From contig JAUZTB010000001.1 of assembly GCA_034780895.1 (NCBI GenBank), forward strand, positions 99,975,199-100,039,198: a stretch of DNA of 64,000 nt, in the 5' to 3' direction. This document shows, one piece after another, positions 12,657 to 26,252 of this stretch. The notes under the pieces are model-generated. The model had not been told where the DNA came from. It worked only from the letters and a program-made list of their open reading frames with translations, and did no database searches. Source of the DNA: Rhynchobatus australiae (Eukaryota). The position numbers and the translations under genes are program-made. Every line of letters starts with the position of its first letter. The first letter of the stretch is position 1.

Positions 12657-12690
12657 CTGCAGAGAAAATGTCAAAAAGCAATACATAATA

Positions 12691-12768
12691 AACGCCAATG
12701 TGAAAAATAAAGACAAATACTGCTATATAACGCCAATGTGAAAAATAAAGACAAATACAACTGCTATA
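12691..12768. repeat. 38-bp-period tandem duplication next to the exon 3 acceptor
   Basis: aacgccaatgtgaaaaataaagacaaatac at 12691-12720 and 12729-12758, each followed shortly by tgctata. Confidence 0.9.
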
Positions 12769-12809
12769 GAAAATCTGTTCAGTTCAGTTCTTTTAAGGAC
12801 ATATTCTAC

Positions 12810-13060
12810 ACATACATCATTGAATCCTTTGACCAAATAAACAAGAGGATGGATAAAGAAAATGGAGTGTCAGTGGTTACTATGGATTTACAAAATGCTT
12901 GTAGTACCAACTATTAAGTAAGAAATTTATCCAAGCTTAATGTCAAATGGAATTAACAAAAAATGTGGTCATGTGGAGAGGGAGATGGTTCCAGAACAAA
13001 GAGCAAAATGATACAGATAAAAGTAATGACTTTCAGCTTGGAAAACATGGTTTCTGTTGC
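12810..13060 (+). mobile_element. Old CR1 RT fragment
   Basis: Translates IESFDQINKRMDKENGVSVVTMDLQNAC, resembling CR1 LEFFEEVT..VD.G.AVDVVYMDFQKAFDKV. Confidence 0.6.
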
Positions 13061-13339
13061 TTGGTGTTGCTCAAAAGTACACGCGTAGTTATTTAATGAA
13101 AACAGAACTGTGTAATTAAAAATGTGAAGTAAAATTCAACTATTGAAATATAAAACAAGCTGAGAAAGATACAGCTATAATCATTTTGATTTATAAAGAA
13201 TCAGTGATAGTCAAACCTAAATTTTTATTTGCAGTTTACAGTAAACAAACATTTTATTCAAATAGTTTGAATATCTAAAATTACAAGGTTAAAAAACATG
13301 TACACACACATTCTAAAATTGAAATGAAATAAATATGGA

Positions 13340-13475
13340 TTTATTCTGATGAAAAGTCATTGACCTGAAACATTAACTCTGTCTCTCCACAGATTCTGTC
13401 TGACCTGCTGAGCATTTACAGCATATTCTGTTTTTAGTTTAGATTTCCAGCATTTGTAGTTTTTTACTTTTGTAT
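13340..13475 (+). mobile_element. Penelope-like pLTR end with degenerate minimal hammerhead motif
   Basis: ttCTGATGAaaagtcattgacctGAAAcattaactctgtctctccacagattctgtctgacctgctgagcatttacagc; similar blocks at 28400-28510, 28750-28860, 30015-30130, 31725-31835. Confidence 0.65.
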
Positions 13476-13499
13476 TTGTTTACTGTCATCTCAACATAT

Positions 13500-16400
13500 G
13501 TATAGCAGTAACACTGTACAGCAAAGCCAAAAACATGGATAATCTCTTCTGAAAATGCTTAACACGTTTTGACCAACATGTATACTGTACTTGGACTGGC
13601 AATGCTCCTGTGAGTTCCTAATCTCCAGTGAAGTAACATGCAAGGGTTGAAGAGTAATACATGGGCAAAACCAGGAGCTCCAGAAAGTATGTCTGATTCA
13701 CTTGAGGCTCTTCTCAGACTGTGCACATGCACAATGGTAGACACATGATCAAATATGTCATGCAATGATGTCATGCTTACATATTCTACACTGTTTTCCC
13801 CTTTGAAAGAAAAATATGAGTGAAACTAGTTTAACAGTATTAACAAATTTACAAGTCCAGCTGATTAATTGGTTTTGAATTCTCTTGGAGCTTTGTAGGT
13901 GAACTGTGTTGCCTGTGCAGTACCCCTCCTTGGATTCACTGAAGGTAAAACAGCTCAGCTCTTTTCAGACACTTAGTACATCAACTTTCTTCAACAGCTG
14001 AAGGACTCATTTCAGGTGGCTGAGCACATTCACTGTTCTCCTGTCTTGTACCCAGCTTTCTGACACTCTCACCCTTTCTTTCGAGGTAATTCATGGTATT
14101 TCGAGGTATATAAACATGATCCATCCAATTTTTCCTCATTTGTTTACTGATCTCTTAGCTTCTTCATATGGCAATGTGAAACATTGTTACATTCCATTTT
14201 GTTTCACAAACTGTTCAAAATGAAATTGATCAGAAGTGTGGACAATTATCCAAGTTCCAAGGGAAGCTTATGTGGCACAAAAATCTGATTCTTCTACAGT
14301 GTGTTCCATGATGGTGTATGATCCAATACATTTTGAATGGATGTCCATCAACCTGCAAATGCTGTTCATGTCTTTCTCCCAGTAGTTATGTGGACTATTA
14401 CATTTGGAGTGGTGCTCTCTATAGCTGTAAGCTGTAGTACTGGCAGTCTATGCACTTGTGGTTAACTCCTTTAGATCCTTATCTGTGCTGGGCCGATAGA
14501 CAAAACTATGTGCTATGACTTTCACATCAACAATGCCCAGATGCTCCAAGTGAAGTTCCTCCAATATTCTACTTCATGGTTCTTTGGTCGTAATAATTTG
14601 AAACTGCCTTGATAGGCTATTTTATATTCTTATCCTGAACTGTTACTGAATCAACCCTGCAACTGGCTTTCACATTGAATCATTCTGTTCCAATTTTGCT
14701 ACTTCCATCACTGTTACAAGAAAATCACTCTCTCCTGCCTGTCCAGAAAATACTACATATCATTCATCATATGCCTATTTTTGTAAGTCAATCTTGATGC
14801 TGCACCTCCTGTGGCACTGTCTGGATAATGCATATTCAATATTATACNNNNNNNNNNNNNNNNNNNNNNNNNNNNNNNNNNNNNNNNNNNNNNNNNNNNN
14901 NNNNNNGTCCAAATGCTTGTTGTCAGTGGCCAGAGTGAGTGGCTTGTCTCAAAAAATTTGGTGGAACCTTGTGAATCCAAATATAATTTCCAGTGCCTTC
15001 TTCTCTGAGTGTAGTTTCTTGTTCTTTGATGGTGCACGGAATGCAAAGGCAATGACTTTTGCAATGTAATGTGGCTTATCCATATCACATTTCCATAACT
15101 GGAGGCATCTCAAGCAAGCTTCATCACGTGAATGGTATCGCAGTGACTGGAGAGACACACTATGTCTTTTCTTACAGAGGTTGCATATCTTCAGCTTCTC
15201 CTTTTGCTACTTCCAATAGTTCACTCTTCTTCGACTGTTCATGCTTTATGAAATCTGGCGGAAAACTGGAATTAACATTGGACCACAACAGAGGAAAGAT
15301 AAACATTCAGGAACATTCTTACTTTCTAGTCTTGTCATCATCTTGTCTGCGTAGAGAGTGTGGGGCTGCCTTTAACACCTTGTCCACAGTTGCCTGCCGA
15401 GTCTCGATGATGAGTTTATGTTATAAGAAAATGTGGTGTTTGAATAAAGTTCAAGGGTTGCCAGATGTTTTTTTTTAATCTATATTTAATTGTACAGACA
15501 CAGCTGACAGGTCCGGTTTGATAAAGATAATGGACTCTGCCAATTCAGGATACAGGTCCTGCTTTGCAAACAAAGGATTTTCTCTGCTGTCCACCCTTCA
15601 GGTTTTTTCAAATTATCCACCATTTGATTATAATTGCCAAAGAGAGGCATCGTCTTCAAATACATGAGCCTTTCTCCAATATGGTACGGGTCTAGACCTC
15701 CAGTAAATTGACTTGCCTTTGGTTGAATGCATATATGGGCTTTGTGCCCCTCAGTGCAGGGGCACAAAAACTTGAACATATTTCCATACTGGTCCAGGAG
15801 CTTATTCTTCCAATGCACGCTTAGTTCCTTAGCCTGTCGTTTCCTAATGTATTTATGTGGTCTGTGACCATGACNNNNNNNNNNNNNNNNNNNNNNNNNN
15901 NNNNNNNNNNNNNNNNNNNNNNNNNNNNNNNNNNNNNNNNNNNNNNNNNNNNNNNNNNNNNNNNNNNNNNNNNNNNNNNNNNNNNNNNNNNNNNNNNNNN
16001 NNNNNNNNNNNNNNNNNNNNNNNNNNNNNNNNNNNNNNNNNNNNNNNNNTTTACTTTAATTTTAAAATTGCAGTATATTCCATCATTGCTGCTAGTGGGG
16101 TATATTCTGGCTTTGGCTCTGCGTGTTACTCATCATCTTCAGTCTTGTACAAGCCTCTCCCATGAGGCTTTCAGTTATCAGTGTTACCTTTGCCTACTTG
16201 GCTGATATTACTGTGAATTTCAGCCCTTACACACAGGTTACGTCCTTTGCTTTTTCAGCTGAACCATCTCATTGCCTTAAACTGCCATACTTGTGGCAAG
16301 TTATTGCCATTGCACCCCTAGCAACTTTACCTGTCAGTCTTTCCTTTCACACCAGGTTCATTCCTGTGACTCTGACATTATTGGAGCTGTTACCTTGCTA

Positions 16401-17300
16401 CTGCTATTTGTCTCAAACAGCATTACTACCGATATTATGCATCAGCTAAACTTCTTTCGCATTTTTGAAACCTAACTCCATTGATCTGACATGTACACTC
16501 AAAAGTTAAACATTGGTTAATTTAAATTTTATTTGCTTTGGAGTTAAATTGGACACAAATGTCCTGCACCCTCCGATACAGGAAATACCAAGATTACGGC
16601 ACTGAGGGAGATTCTCCAATCTATGTAATAACTACTCGTTGGCTTTTCCTTCAAACTTGTAACTCACTGTGATCTCCAAGGGTGCTGGATTAAAGTGATT
16701 CTGCAATCTCTCTATCACCTCACTGAATGGAATATCATTTGTCTTGTGGGCCACCAGAAGGTAGCTCTGGATGTCTGAGCCCGAATCTATTGTTAAGATT
16801 GCTTTCTTATATTCTGCTGCGGCTTGTTTTTGAGCAGGCAAAATCTGGCACTTGCTTTAATTTCAATAATGTTGTGTGAATGAAGAACATTTCCATTCAT
16901 TTGACATAAAAACAAAAATTCTCAAGCACTTTATCATAAATGCTAACGTTCCCAATGTAGCCAGATTGGGTCCAAGCTGCCACCTTGCAAAATTCCCTTT
17001 GGCAGTTTCAAGGTTTATACTCAAAGATGCCATGTACTGCCCTCAGTTCTCCTGTGCTTGAGGCTGAAAGTGACACCTGTTGCTTCAGGTCTGCACATTG
17101 AACTTACTGCAAATAACCTGGAGTTTTTACCTTCCTGTCACTCGATGTCTTCAATGGCTATGTAATACAGACAAAGAAAATGTAACAGAAAAAAATTATA
17201 CTGCCCAGAGTATATGGCTCTGTGGGTTCCCAGTATATAGCAAAGTAACATGTAGAGTGTGGACAGTAACATGTAACAAAGTAGGAGAAGATGCATATGG
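13500..17300 (-). mobile_element. Highly degenerate Ty3/Gypsy LTR retrotransposon (gag-pol remnants)
   Basis: Gag-like KKAILTIDSGSD..SYLLVAHKTNDIPFSEVIERLQNHFNPAPLEITVSYKF (16632-16841); RNase H-like IAFAFRAPSKNKKLHSEKKALEIIFGFTRFHQ (14949-15158); integrase Zn-finger-like ILEELHLEHLGIVDVKVIAHSFVY (~14490-14570) and core DNCPHF..FEQFVKQNG (~14190-14255); order RH then IN fits Gypsy; many stops and frameshifts; LTR edges uncertain. Confidence 0.85.
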
Positions 17301-19549
17301 TTATTTGAGGTTCTTCTCAGACCTTACAAAATGATCAATTATGCCATGCTGTCAATTACACTTACTACAAGAGGTAGTTGCACTCAGTCACTCAATTAAA
17401 CTGCAAATTCCACCAATTCCAATTCTCAATAGAAAGCATGGCCTCCTGAGCCACAAAATAGTGAAAGATTATATCGAAACATAAAAGCACCACATATATG
17501 GTAACTGCATTAGGCATGTAAAGTGAAAGCAAACTTGACCAGCATGACCAAATCACAAATTTGCTTCATCTTAGCCTTCAAAAAGCATTCCAGCCTGGGA
17601 TTACTCCAGTCAGGCTGGAAGCTATAAATAGTTTCATGTAACAGCCAGGTTTTGGTTTTCTACAATTATCATGAAGTGTTGGCACCAGAATTTAACAGAG
17701 CTGCATGAGAGCAAGGTTTAAAAGTTTTCAGTCATTTTGGCACACAATGGGTCAGAATGAAGATTCTGATATATTAATAATGCACCAGAGTCAGGATATT
17801 TATTAATTCATTTTATATCATAAAGTAACTTAAATTAGGACACCAAATGACCTAAACAATTGATCTCTACTTGACTCCCAGTGCTTACAGGTTGGAAATG
17901 GCTTATGTTTCAAAACTCTCTAGTCAAGTTTAAACCAAGAAAGAATTTTAGCAATAATATTTTCTTTCTAACTAATCTCAACTCTACACACTCATCACAA
18001 ATCTCAACATCCTCTCAATAATTACAACTAAATATCTATTCCTGGTAATTAATTACATGTATTCATCAGCTTTCACATAAAACACTTCTGTCCAAATTCT
18101 CTACTTATTCATGATATTTAATATTAGCATAGCTTTAAGTTATTTTTGTGAAGCATTGGTCATCAGTTAAAATTAGAAAGTTCAGAGTAACAGGAATCAA
18201 ACTTTAAAAAGATCTATTTTGTTGCTCCAAATAAAAGTACATGTATCAATATTTATTCATCAAGTTATCCAACGCATCTTTACTCGTGGTTTGGTCCATA
18301 TTTTACATCTTACTCTTTTCAATCTCTGCTGTTACTATTCTCTGGGGGTTGCTTTAACAAGGGCACCGATCTACTTCTGTGGAAGGGGCTCAGGGGAGTC
18401 TTCAGATTGAAAACATTAATTCTCCATTAAATGAATGATTGGGAAGTGATATGGATTGATCAATGTAACTAACACAAGCATTTTTCAGAAGGTCACCAGA
18501 CAGCACATGAAAACAAAACTAAGATCAGATTACGTTCTCTGCATTGACTCTCGACTAAAAGGCTGCATATCTGAGAAGGGAGCAATGCCCATGTGCATTT
18601 CCTTCCAGAGGAAAACAACAGAAATGTTTGAAATTGAAAATAATTAATTAAAATTATAAATTATTGAAGTAATACAAATGATGTGTGATTTAAATACATT
18701 AGATCTGATACTAATCAATAAAACCATTAAATATATTTTTTTAAAAATCACTTACATTCCCCATTCTGAAGATATCTAATAAAACAAAGGTGGTCTCTAA
18801 TTTTACCCCAAGTCTGAGAAACTTTAGATTAGAGTGGCAGTTTGCCCAATATTATTGCTTTGGAGCTGGTGGTGTGATCAGATGGTGTGGGCAGATCAGC
18901 AAACTGAAGGCAGAGGCTCGAGATAAATAGAACGATGGCTTCCCCTTACCTTGGGGCAGACCTGGCCTAGTCCTGTAATTTTAAGACCTTGTTCCTTGAG
19001 TAACCAAAGTTGCCGGGTGAAATTGATATCATCTCCAGAAGGAGATTTGCATCAGTAATAATTTCATTTCATGCAGGTCTGATGCTGAAAATGTGTCAGA
19101 TATGTAACCATGACCCAAGAAGAGAAGAGCCTGGTGAAATTTCTGGTAATGCAAAATAATCCAGAAAAGTGCATTGCTGGAATTCGCTTGGGGAAAACTG
19201 CATTTCCACTTTAGTAATTCTAAAATAAATAGTGTTACTTGATTACATTTCTGGGCAATTTTCTTCCTAATCATATTAAGTACTGGAGTGAAAATAGACA
19301 TCAATAAATAGAGAATAGTTTTAATAGTTTAACCAATAGTTATCTGGTTAATAATCCAAAATCTTTTTTTTAAAAAGTCACAGTTGAATTTCATTTGAGT
19401 TTTGAGTGCCGTTCTCCATTCATCAGCATTTCTTTGCTACAATATTTTATCTGAAATTGTCCTTGCCACTGGTTATTACTGGATCAGAATGCGAGAACCT
19501 CTGATGCTGTGGAGGCCCTCACATACCCATAGTGCGTATTATTCAACTG

Positions 19550-19882
19550 TAGTAAAACTCCAATAATCTGGCATGCTTGTGATTTTCTGCTGGACTGGCA
19601 GATTTTCCAGATTATTGGATGTTATTTCTGATAATACTTGAATATACTTTTAATTCACTTTTATTACCTGTTACACGGAATAATAATACATTTTCTAATG
19701 AACCAAGTAAATTGAAAGACCCCAGTGAGTATAGAGTGCAGGAACCAGGGCCCTGGTCTGTTAAATGCAATGCAGAAACAGGGCCCTTGGTGAGTGGAAA
19801 GGGAGCACAGCAAAACATTTCTGGGAAATCCAAATGCTGAACCATCAGGATTTCTGAACAGTCAGAGAGCAGATTTTTACTG
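19550..19882. mobile_element. Non-autonomous Tc1/mariner (Tigger/pogo-like) MITE, copy 1
   Basis: Left end tagtaaaactccaataatctggcatgcttg; right end cagatttttactg followed by TA; internal similarity to 56390-56779 and 63095-63889. Confidence 0.7.
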
Positions 19883-20864
19883 TATACTGTGAACCTTTAC
19901 TCCTCAGAAGAGGTCTCCAGTGTCAAATAAGACCCATAGCATTGTACGATGTCACTCAGAGACAATTGAGTAATTTGCTTATGCAAACATTTTACCAATA
20001 TAATCTGCACCAATTCTCAATATTTCTGCTGCATCTAAGTATGCAGGAAGATTTTAATTGCAAAACAATAATTTTGTGCAAATAAGATATTTTTCAAATG
20101 ATTTATGCATCTTATCAGCAATAAACTGACAGTCAAGCAACAAACTTCTAGCAGACCTGCTGAATTTAAGAATGCTCTATTAATATTGTTTTACAACTTT
20201 GCATGCACAGCTAATTGCCTTGATTCAACTTTATAATCAAGAAATGCAACTTTTTTAATAACACCTTTCCTATACTCCAACAAACAGAGGGCTAGTAAAT
20301 TGCACTACTGAACAGTAACGGACATGTGGATATTTTATGTATATTCAAGACAAAATTAATCTGTGCAATAATTCATATCTTGTTGGTATATAGTGGTAGA
20401 CATCATGTCAATAATTAGTGTGCTGAATGAAGTTGATTGTTTTAATAGATCTGGTNNNNNNNNNNNNNNNNNNNNNNNNNNNNNNNNNNNNNNNNNNNNN
20501 NNNNNNNNNNNNNNNNNNNNNNNNNNNNNNNNNNNNNNNNNNNNNNNNNNNNNNNATCAACTGAACCGGTTTGTTCACGACCTTTGTGCCTTGACTGACT
20601 CCGAGCTAAGGTTCAGACATCAAAGCTGCACCATTTCAGCGATTGCCAATTTTCTCATCCATGACACTGTCCGACTCTGGCCTTGCTTTTGCTCATCTTC
20701 CGCTAAATCTCACATTCGTGTCTTTGTTGCCTCTAGACTTTGACCATTTTAATGCACTCCACTTGGCATCCCTTGTTCTCCACCCATTGTCTCCACCTTT
20801 AATGCAGTTATTAAAAAAACTGAAAAAAACTTAAAAAAAAATGAAAAAAAAACTTTAGTTAAAG

Positions 20865-21090
20865 CAATGGTAACAGGCCCTTCCAGCCCAATGAGTCCGT
20901 GCCGCCCATTTAAACCCATGTTAACCTACCCGTACATCTTTGGAATGTGGGAGGAAACCGGAGCACCCGGAGAAAACCCATGCAGACACGAGGAGAAAGT
21001 ACGACTCCTTACAGACAGCGACAGGAAATGAACCCTGATGGCTGGCACTGTAATAGCGTCATGCTAACTGCTACGCTACTGTGCCGCCCA
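20865..21090 (-). mobile_element. tRNA-derived V-SINE-like element inserted in an L2-like remnant (~20560-21240)
   Basis: gtgggaggaaaccggagcacccggagaaaacccatgcagacac (reverse V-domain core); same family as 40623-40840. Confidence 0.85.
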
Positions 21091-22739
21091 ATGATGAAGC
21101 TTTTGGTCATCTGTCTAAGTATCTCCTATTGTGGGTCCAATATAAATTCTTTTGTTTGATTGCAATTCTGTGAAATGCCTTGGTATGCTTTTGCCATGTT
21201 CAAGGTGCCATGTAAGTAGCCATTGTTGTTGTATTGTTGATGGCAAACATAATTTTCTACATTATCATTTTCCTTTTATCAAGCAAGTCAAAATTGCATT
21301 TAATAAGCATGAAAAAGTTTATATTAGTTGCCCTTGAACAGCTCATACAGGAGAGTTGTGAGAAATTGCCTGTGGAAGTAATTTCCTTATTTCGACCAGC
21401 ACATTATCAAGTGCAATGACTGCCAAACTCTCTGACTGCAAACGGAAAAAAAATGCAATTTTCCAATTTGCTGCAATGCCAGTTTAAAATCTATCCTGTG
21501 ATCACTACTCTCCTAAAATGGCTATTTTCTCTTGTAAATCATGGGCTCGCTGATATTATTGTACCCCATTAAATCTTTTAAATGTTCTGGAGGTTGTTTA
21601 CATTTCTCATAGCATAACATGACATTTAAAAGAAACATCAAGAGCAGAATACTAAACTTTTTTCAAAGAAAAAAATATTAAGCACAGTTATCACAAAGTT
21701 AATTCTGGGGCTACCAAAATGCTTGAATCTTTTTCATCTTGAATTCATCTTGACTTTTTTAAAATTATGTATCAAAAAATGAAAGGGGTTTCAACACCAG
21801 AAATCCAATCAAGCTCTTGGATCAGATCTGGCCACATACCTTACCAACCAGAGGAAAATTCAGTAGGATGAAGTCACAGGGCTAACACTGAGGCGAAGCT
21901 CATTACTTATAAGCAAATGATAATGCCAATGTGGTGGTACAATAAATTTAAAAAAACATAGTGAAATGTTCCTTTGTGCATTTCTGCCAGATAGCAGGTA
22001 ATTTCCTAAATCTCTGGAGAGAACATCTCATTCAATCTAACAAAGTTTTCAATAGCATGTATAAATTCATAATAATTAAACCTAAATTAAATAACTTTCA
22101 TTAAAATAATTTTAAATTGATTTTCACCAACATTCAGATGCAGTGAATGGTTTCTGTAAGGTTAACAAGAACTCACTTGTTACTTGTGAATTATGATCAA
22201 CCATGAGACGCACTATTTATAAATTGTTCTGCATTTTCTGCCACTCTGAAATCTATAATAAACTATCTGAAATCCTGTCAAAGTGAGAAAGATATGTTAA
22301 GTCTTGCTTTGAGGATTAAATGTTAGGTCTGTTATTAGCAACATCCATGTTTACTCATGTCAGGCAAATATATATTAAAAAGCTGCAAAGTAAGAGGATG
22401 AGCACATCCTTTTCTTTGTTAGACAATAACAACAATTACAAATTGAATACCAGATGGTTCAATAAAAAGATCAGCAACCCATAAACTGATAATGATAATG
22501 ACTTACAAATAAAATACACCTATTAATTGCAAGCAATTCCACAGCACGCAGCCAATCTTATTGAGCAAGGTAATCACATCTGTTCAAGTTAAAGAAAAAC
22601 AGATAATTACCCAACCCAATACCAAGTACTATCTGTATTAATATTTCAGAAAAAAAGTCGTAAGAAATCTCTAACCAACAGGCAGTGAAGGCAGGGAGAG
22701 GAAGGGCAGAAAGGAAGAGCAGAAAGGATGAATGTAACC

Positions 22740-23120
22740 TTTGGGTATCAGCCATGAGGCCACACTCTTGTCTGAGTCAGCAGGTTATGGGATCAAATTC
22801 AACCCTGTAGACTTATACTTGCAATCTGCACAACTATGTCAATGGAGTACTAGAAAGTGACTGTATTCAAAGATGCCAGCTGTTGGGAAAATCTTTACAA
22901 CTAAGGCTACATTTGCTCTCACGAATCATATGTTAATTTTCAAAGAAGCTCAGAGGAGTTCCATAAGCCTGGATAATATCCTCGACCAGCATGACTAAAA
23001 CAAATGATTATTTCATTGCTATATGTGAAAGCTTGCAATGCACACATTGGTTGCCTTGTTTCCCTATTTTGCTTCAGAGCATTCTGACACTTTGTCAAAT
23101 CTATGACAGATGTTATAAAA
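22740..23120 (+). mobile_element. Deu-domain SINE (SacSINE1/AmnSINE-like), degraded
   Basis: Head cacactcttgtctgagtcagcaggttatgggatcaaat; Deu-like tcattgctatatgtgaaagcttgcaatgcacacattggttgccttgtttcccta. Confidence 0.6.
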
Positions 23121-25049
23121 ACTGAGAGTCCTTCCTTCTTTAAGATTACTGTCCTGAAGAAACAAAAAAATGTCTGCTTAAACAAGGGATCTCAACTGCA
23201 ATAACTTCACAAAAAAAAGTTCTGTGAAAAAAAACACTTTGGGGCATATCAAGGTACCTTACAGATCAAAAGTATTCAAACATATGTTCATATCCAAAGG
23301 CAATTGTACTGAGTCAAGAACTGGTGGGCCAGGATGGTAGCGATCTTTTTCCACAAGGTAGCTCTAAACCAAATGCAAGGATAGCTGATTCCAGAAGAAT
23401 CTCCTAATTTCCAGCTACCAGAAAGATTGCGCAACAGTCAAATTCCAATTGGATTTTCTTCATCTATTAGTCTAACAATCTTAGCCTCAAACTGAATTCA
23501 TTTTGAAGGACATCTGAGAACAAAAACACTTTTAATTGCCTTTGCCATTTGCATGTTCCCAGTTTTGAAAATTGGACATTTTTCCAGTCTGTCGTATTAC
23601 CACTTCCTTTACCTTGTTTAAAATTGATGTGATTTTTCAACATATATTCTAGACTCCTTTGCACAACTGTAAATCATTTAGTTCTTTCTTTTTATAACTC
23701 TCTTTTTGTTCCATATATTCCTTTAATATTCCTTCCTGAGTATATTGATTGAATTCAAAAATTCTCCATCAATTTTTGTAAATCTGGTTCTAAAACATCT
23801 TGCCGCATGAAATTAAATTACTTTTTAAATCACTGATGTTGATCCTTTTCTTTATTGCTCCCATTTCAACCTAGAGGAACTCATCCACCACCTTCAGCTA
23901 ATAAAATTTAATTTACATTTTTAGCAACCCCACAACAACTTTGCGGATTACCTAAAAATCAAGTTCTCTTCTCTGACCCTAGTATTACATAGATTTGTGA
24001 GGAGAGGCCCAATTTTTGTGATCAGAGGCAAAAGGACAACACTTGGTGTTGACCTTGAAGAAAGATAGGTTCTGTTCTGATGTTTCTCAAACTAGTGCTC
24101 TCTCGAAAGAACATTGGATGTCCAGCAACATTGAGGATATCAAAAACGTTGGGCAGCTAGTCAGATTGAAACAGAAAAACCAAGTAGGTGTAAAGGACTG
24201 AATATCATTCATATTTTAATCATTTTGAGAAAAGTACCAAGAAAATCAGGATACATACATGAGATTAAAACTGATGCAGTAACATGAAAAGTGCAAAAAA
24301 GTGAATTCATGTTTTAAAAACCATTCACATGGAATGAAGCAAATGAAAATCCACATTTCTGAAATTAATTTTCAAAGAACAGAGAGTTTGTTCACCAGAA
24401 AGTTCCAATTAGTATTATTTTATTGGAAAACTAAATCTCAGTCCATTTCACAGGGATTAAGATTTTCAATGTTTACTTGAACAAGAGTAGCATGTAAATA
24501 TTGAAGTTCACAATAACCCATTGATTCAGCGTGAAAGCTACAATAGAGCAGCCCAACAGAGAAGCCGGGTATTTTTGATGGCAGGTTCTGGAACATTGCA
24601 TTTAACCGTACAGTGCAGTCACCAAGATATCAATTTTACACAGCAAACATGGTCAATTTCACCACTGCTACAACTGCAGAGTCAGGGCTATTATTTTATT
24701 CATTTTGGGATTGTTTATTTTTTCCCCAATTCTACTTGCATTGAATATAGAAGGAATTCCAGCATGAGAAAAGAAGCAGATTTTACTGATAAATGCTAAA
24801 AACCTCCACAGACTCTCATCCAAAAATGGAGGACACAGGCCTACTACCTGGTCACTTCACCTCTGCTGGAATCAACCTGGAGTCCAATGTCAGGGTTGAT
24901 CTGTGCTCAGACCCTGCACCAGCCCATTGATTTCAACAGAGTTTGTTGGGCTGTGGGAATAAAGGGAAAGCATATGCTCCTTCTTTTAATTTTTGGCATT
25001 TGTTTAATGTTTATTGTTACTTGAAAGTGTTTTATTCGTTTAGTCAACA

Positions 25050-25210
25050 TACAGGTTAGAAGCTGTGGGCAATGTTATGTTGGCACCTGAAGAGTGGCGA
25101 CACTTGCGGGCTGCCCCCAGCACATTCTTAGTAACGCAAAAAGACGCATTTCACTGTGTGTTTCAATGTACATGTGATTAATAAGTAAATACCTATATCT
25201 ATCTATATCT
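25050..25210 (+). mobile_element. Young LINE-like 3' tail with (tatc)n end
   Basis: CpG-retaining gtggcgacacttgcgggctgcccccagcacattc...gacgcatttcactgtgtgtttcaatgtacatgtgattaataa then tatatctatctatatct; family not assignable by eye. Confidence 0.5.
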
Positions 25211-26252
25211 GAATGTTTTAAAATGTATTAATGATCTGATTTGAGTTTTAATAAACTTAAATATTCCTAAATGTTAGACGCATTGAATAAGTGAAGATCT
25301 CTGACAGTTTTAATAGCTGGCAAAACAGGGGTCTCGGGGTCTGGGCATTGGTAATTATCAAGTTTCTGAAGCATTTCATGGGTGGGGCTTCTTAGCTACC
25401 AATGTTACTCGTTTACCTTGTTTTCAGCCTTTGCAATACTCAGGGTGTTGTCATTTTACACTGAGATTGTCTGGACAAGTAAGATCAGCCTTCTGGTGTC
25501 AGCTAAAATAAATCTGGGCAAGTAGTGACCCCTGGGCAGGAAGTATGGGTGGCAGACTCATAGCCAATGTATCTGGGCCAATATGAACAATTAAAGAGAA
25601 AATAAGAACAGACAAGAGCATTCATTCGAAGATATCACCCATAACGATAAATACAAGCTGTACTAAAATGTTTTGTAGTCTTTAAGAAATATCCTGTTAT
25701 CAAAAGGTGAAACAGTTTTCCACAACTTTTGCACTAGAATATTATGTACGTGCAGCTCATGTACATAGACCCTCCTGTACTGTATTAAACTGTGCTGAAT
25801 CCAGCATAAAACTCAAATTACTGCAATTGCAATTCCTTTCGACTTCATCAGTGCTGAACTGCCTCAGAGCATTGGAAACAACAATTAATTTTGTCACAAA
25901 CGGATTTAAAACCAATTTGAACCCATGTGGTTTCACAAGTGCAGATCTCATTGAAGAGTACCTTATATTTCCATCTACAAATTCTTCACCACCAAAAAAA
26001 ACTGTACAGTTAAATTATGNNNNNNNNNNNNNNNNNNNNNNNNNNNNNTCAACGTGAGGGTGCACATTCAATTTTGCAAGACTGGACCATTCCATTTGAA
26101 GACAATCTCTATTAACCAGAAGTTTGATTTAAAATAGATAAGAACTAAATAGGTAAACTGCCAGCAAATATGACTAAATTCACTGGGCCTGTCCAGTATT
26201 AGTAAGATATGTTCTGTAGGGCAGCTACATTTCTTACTATAAGTAGATTTGT

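Noticed and set aside
25835-25856. Minus-strand CUGAUGA-aguc-GAAA hammerhead-like match
   Set aside because: Only 4 nt between the boxes, so stem II cannot form; chance match
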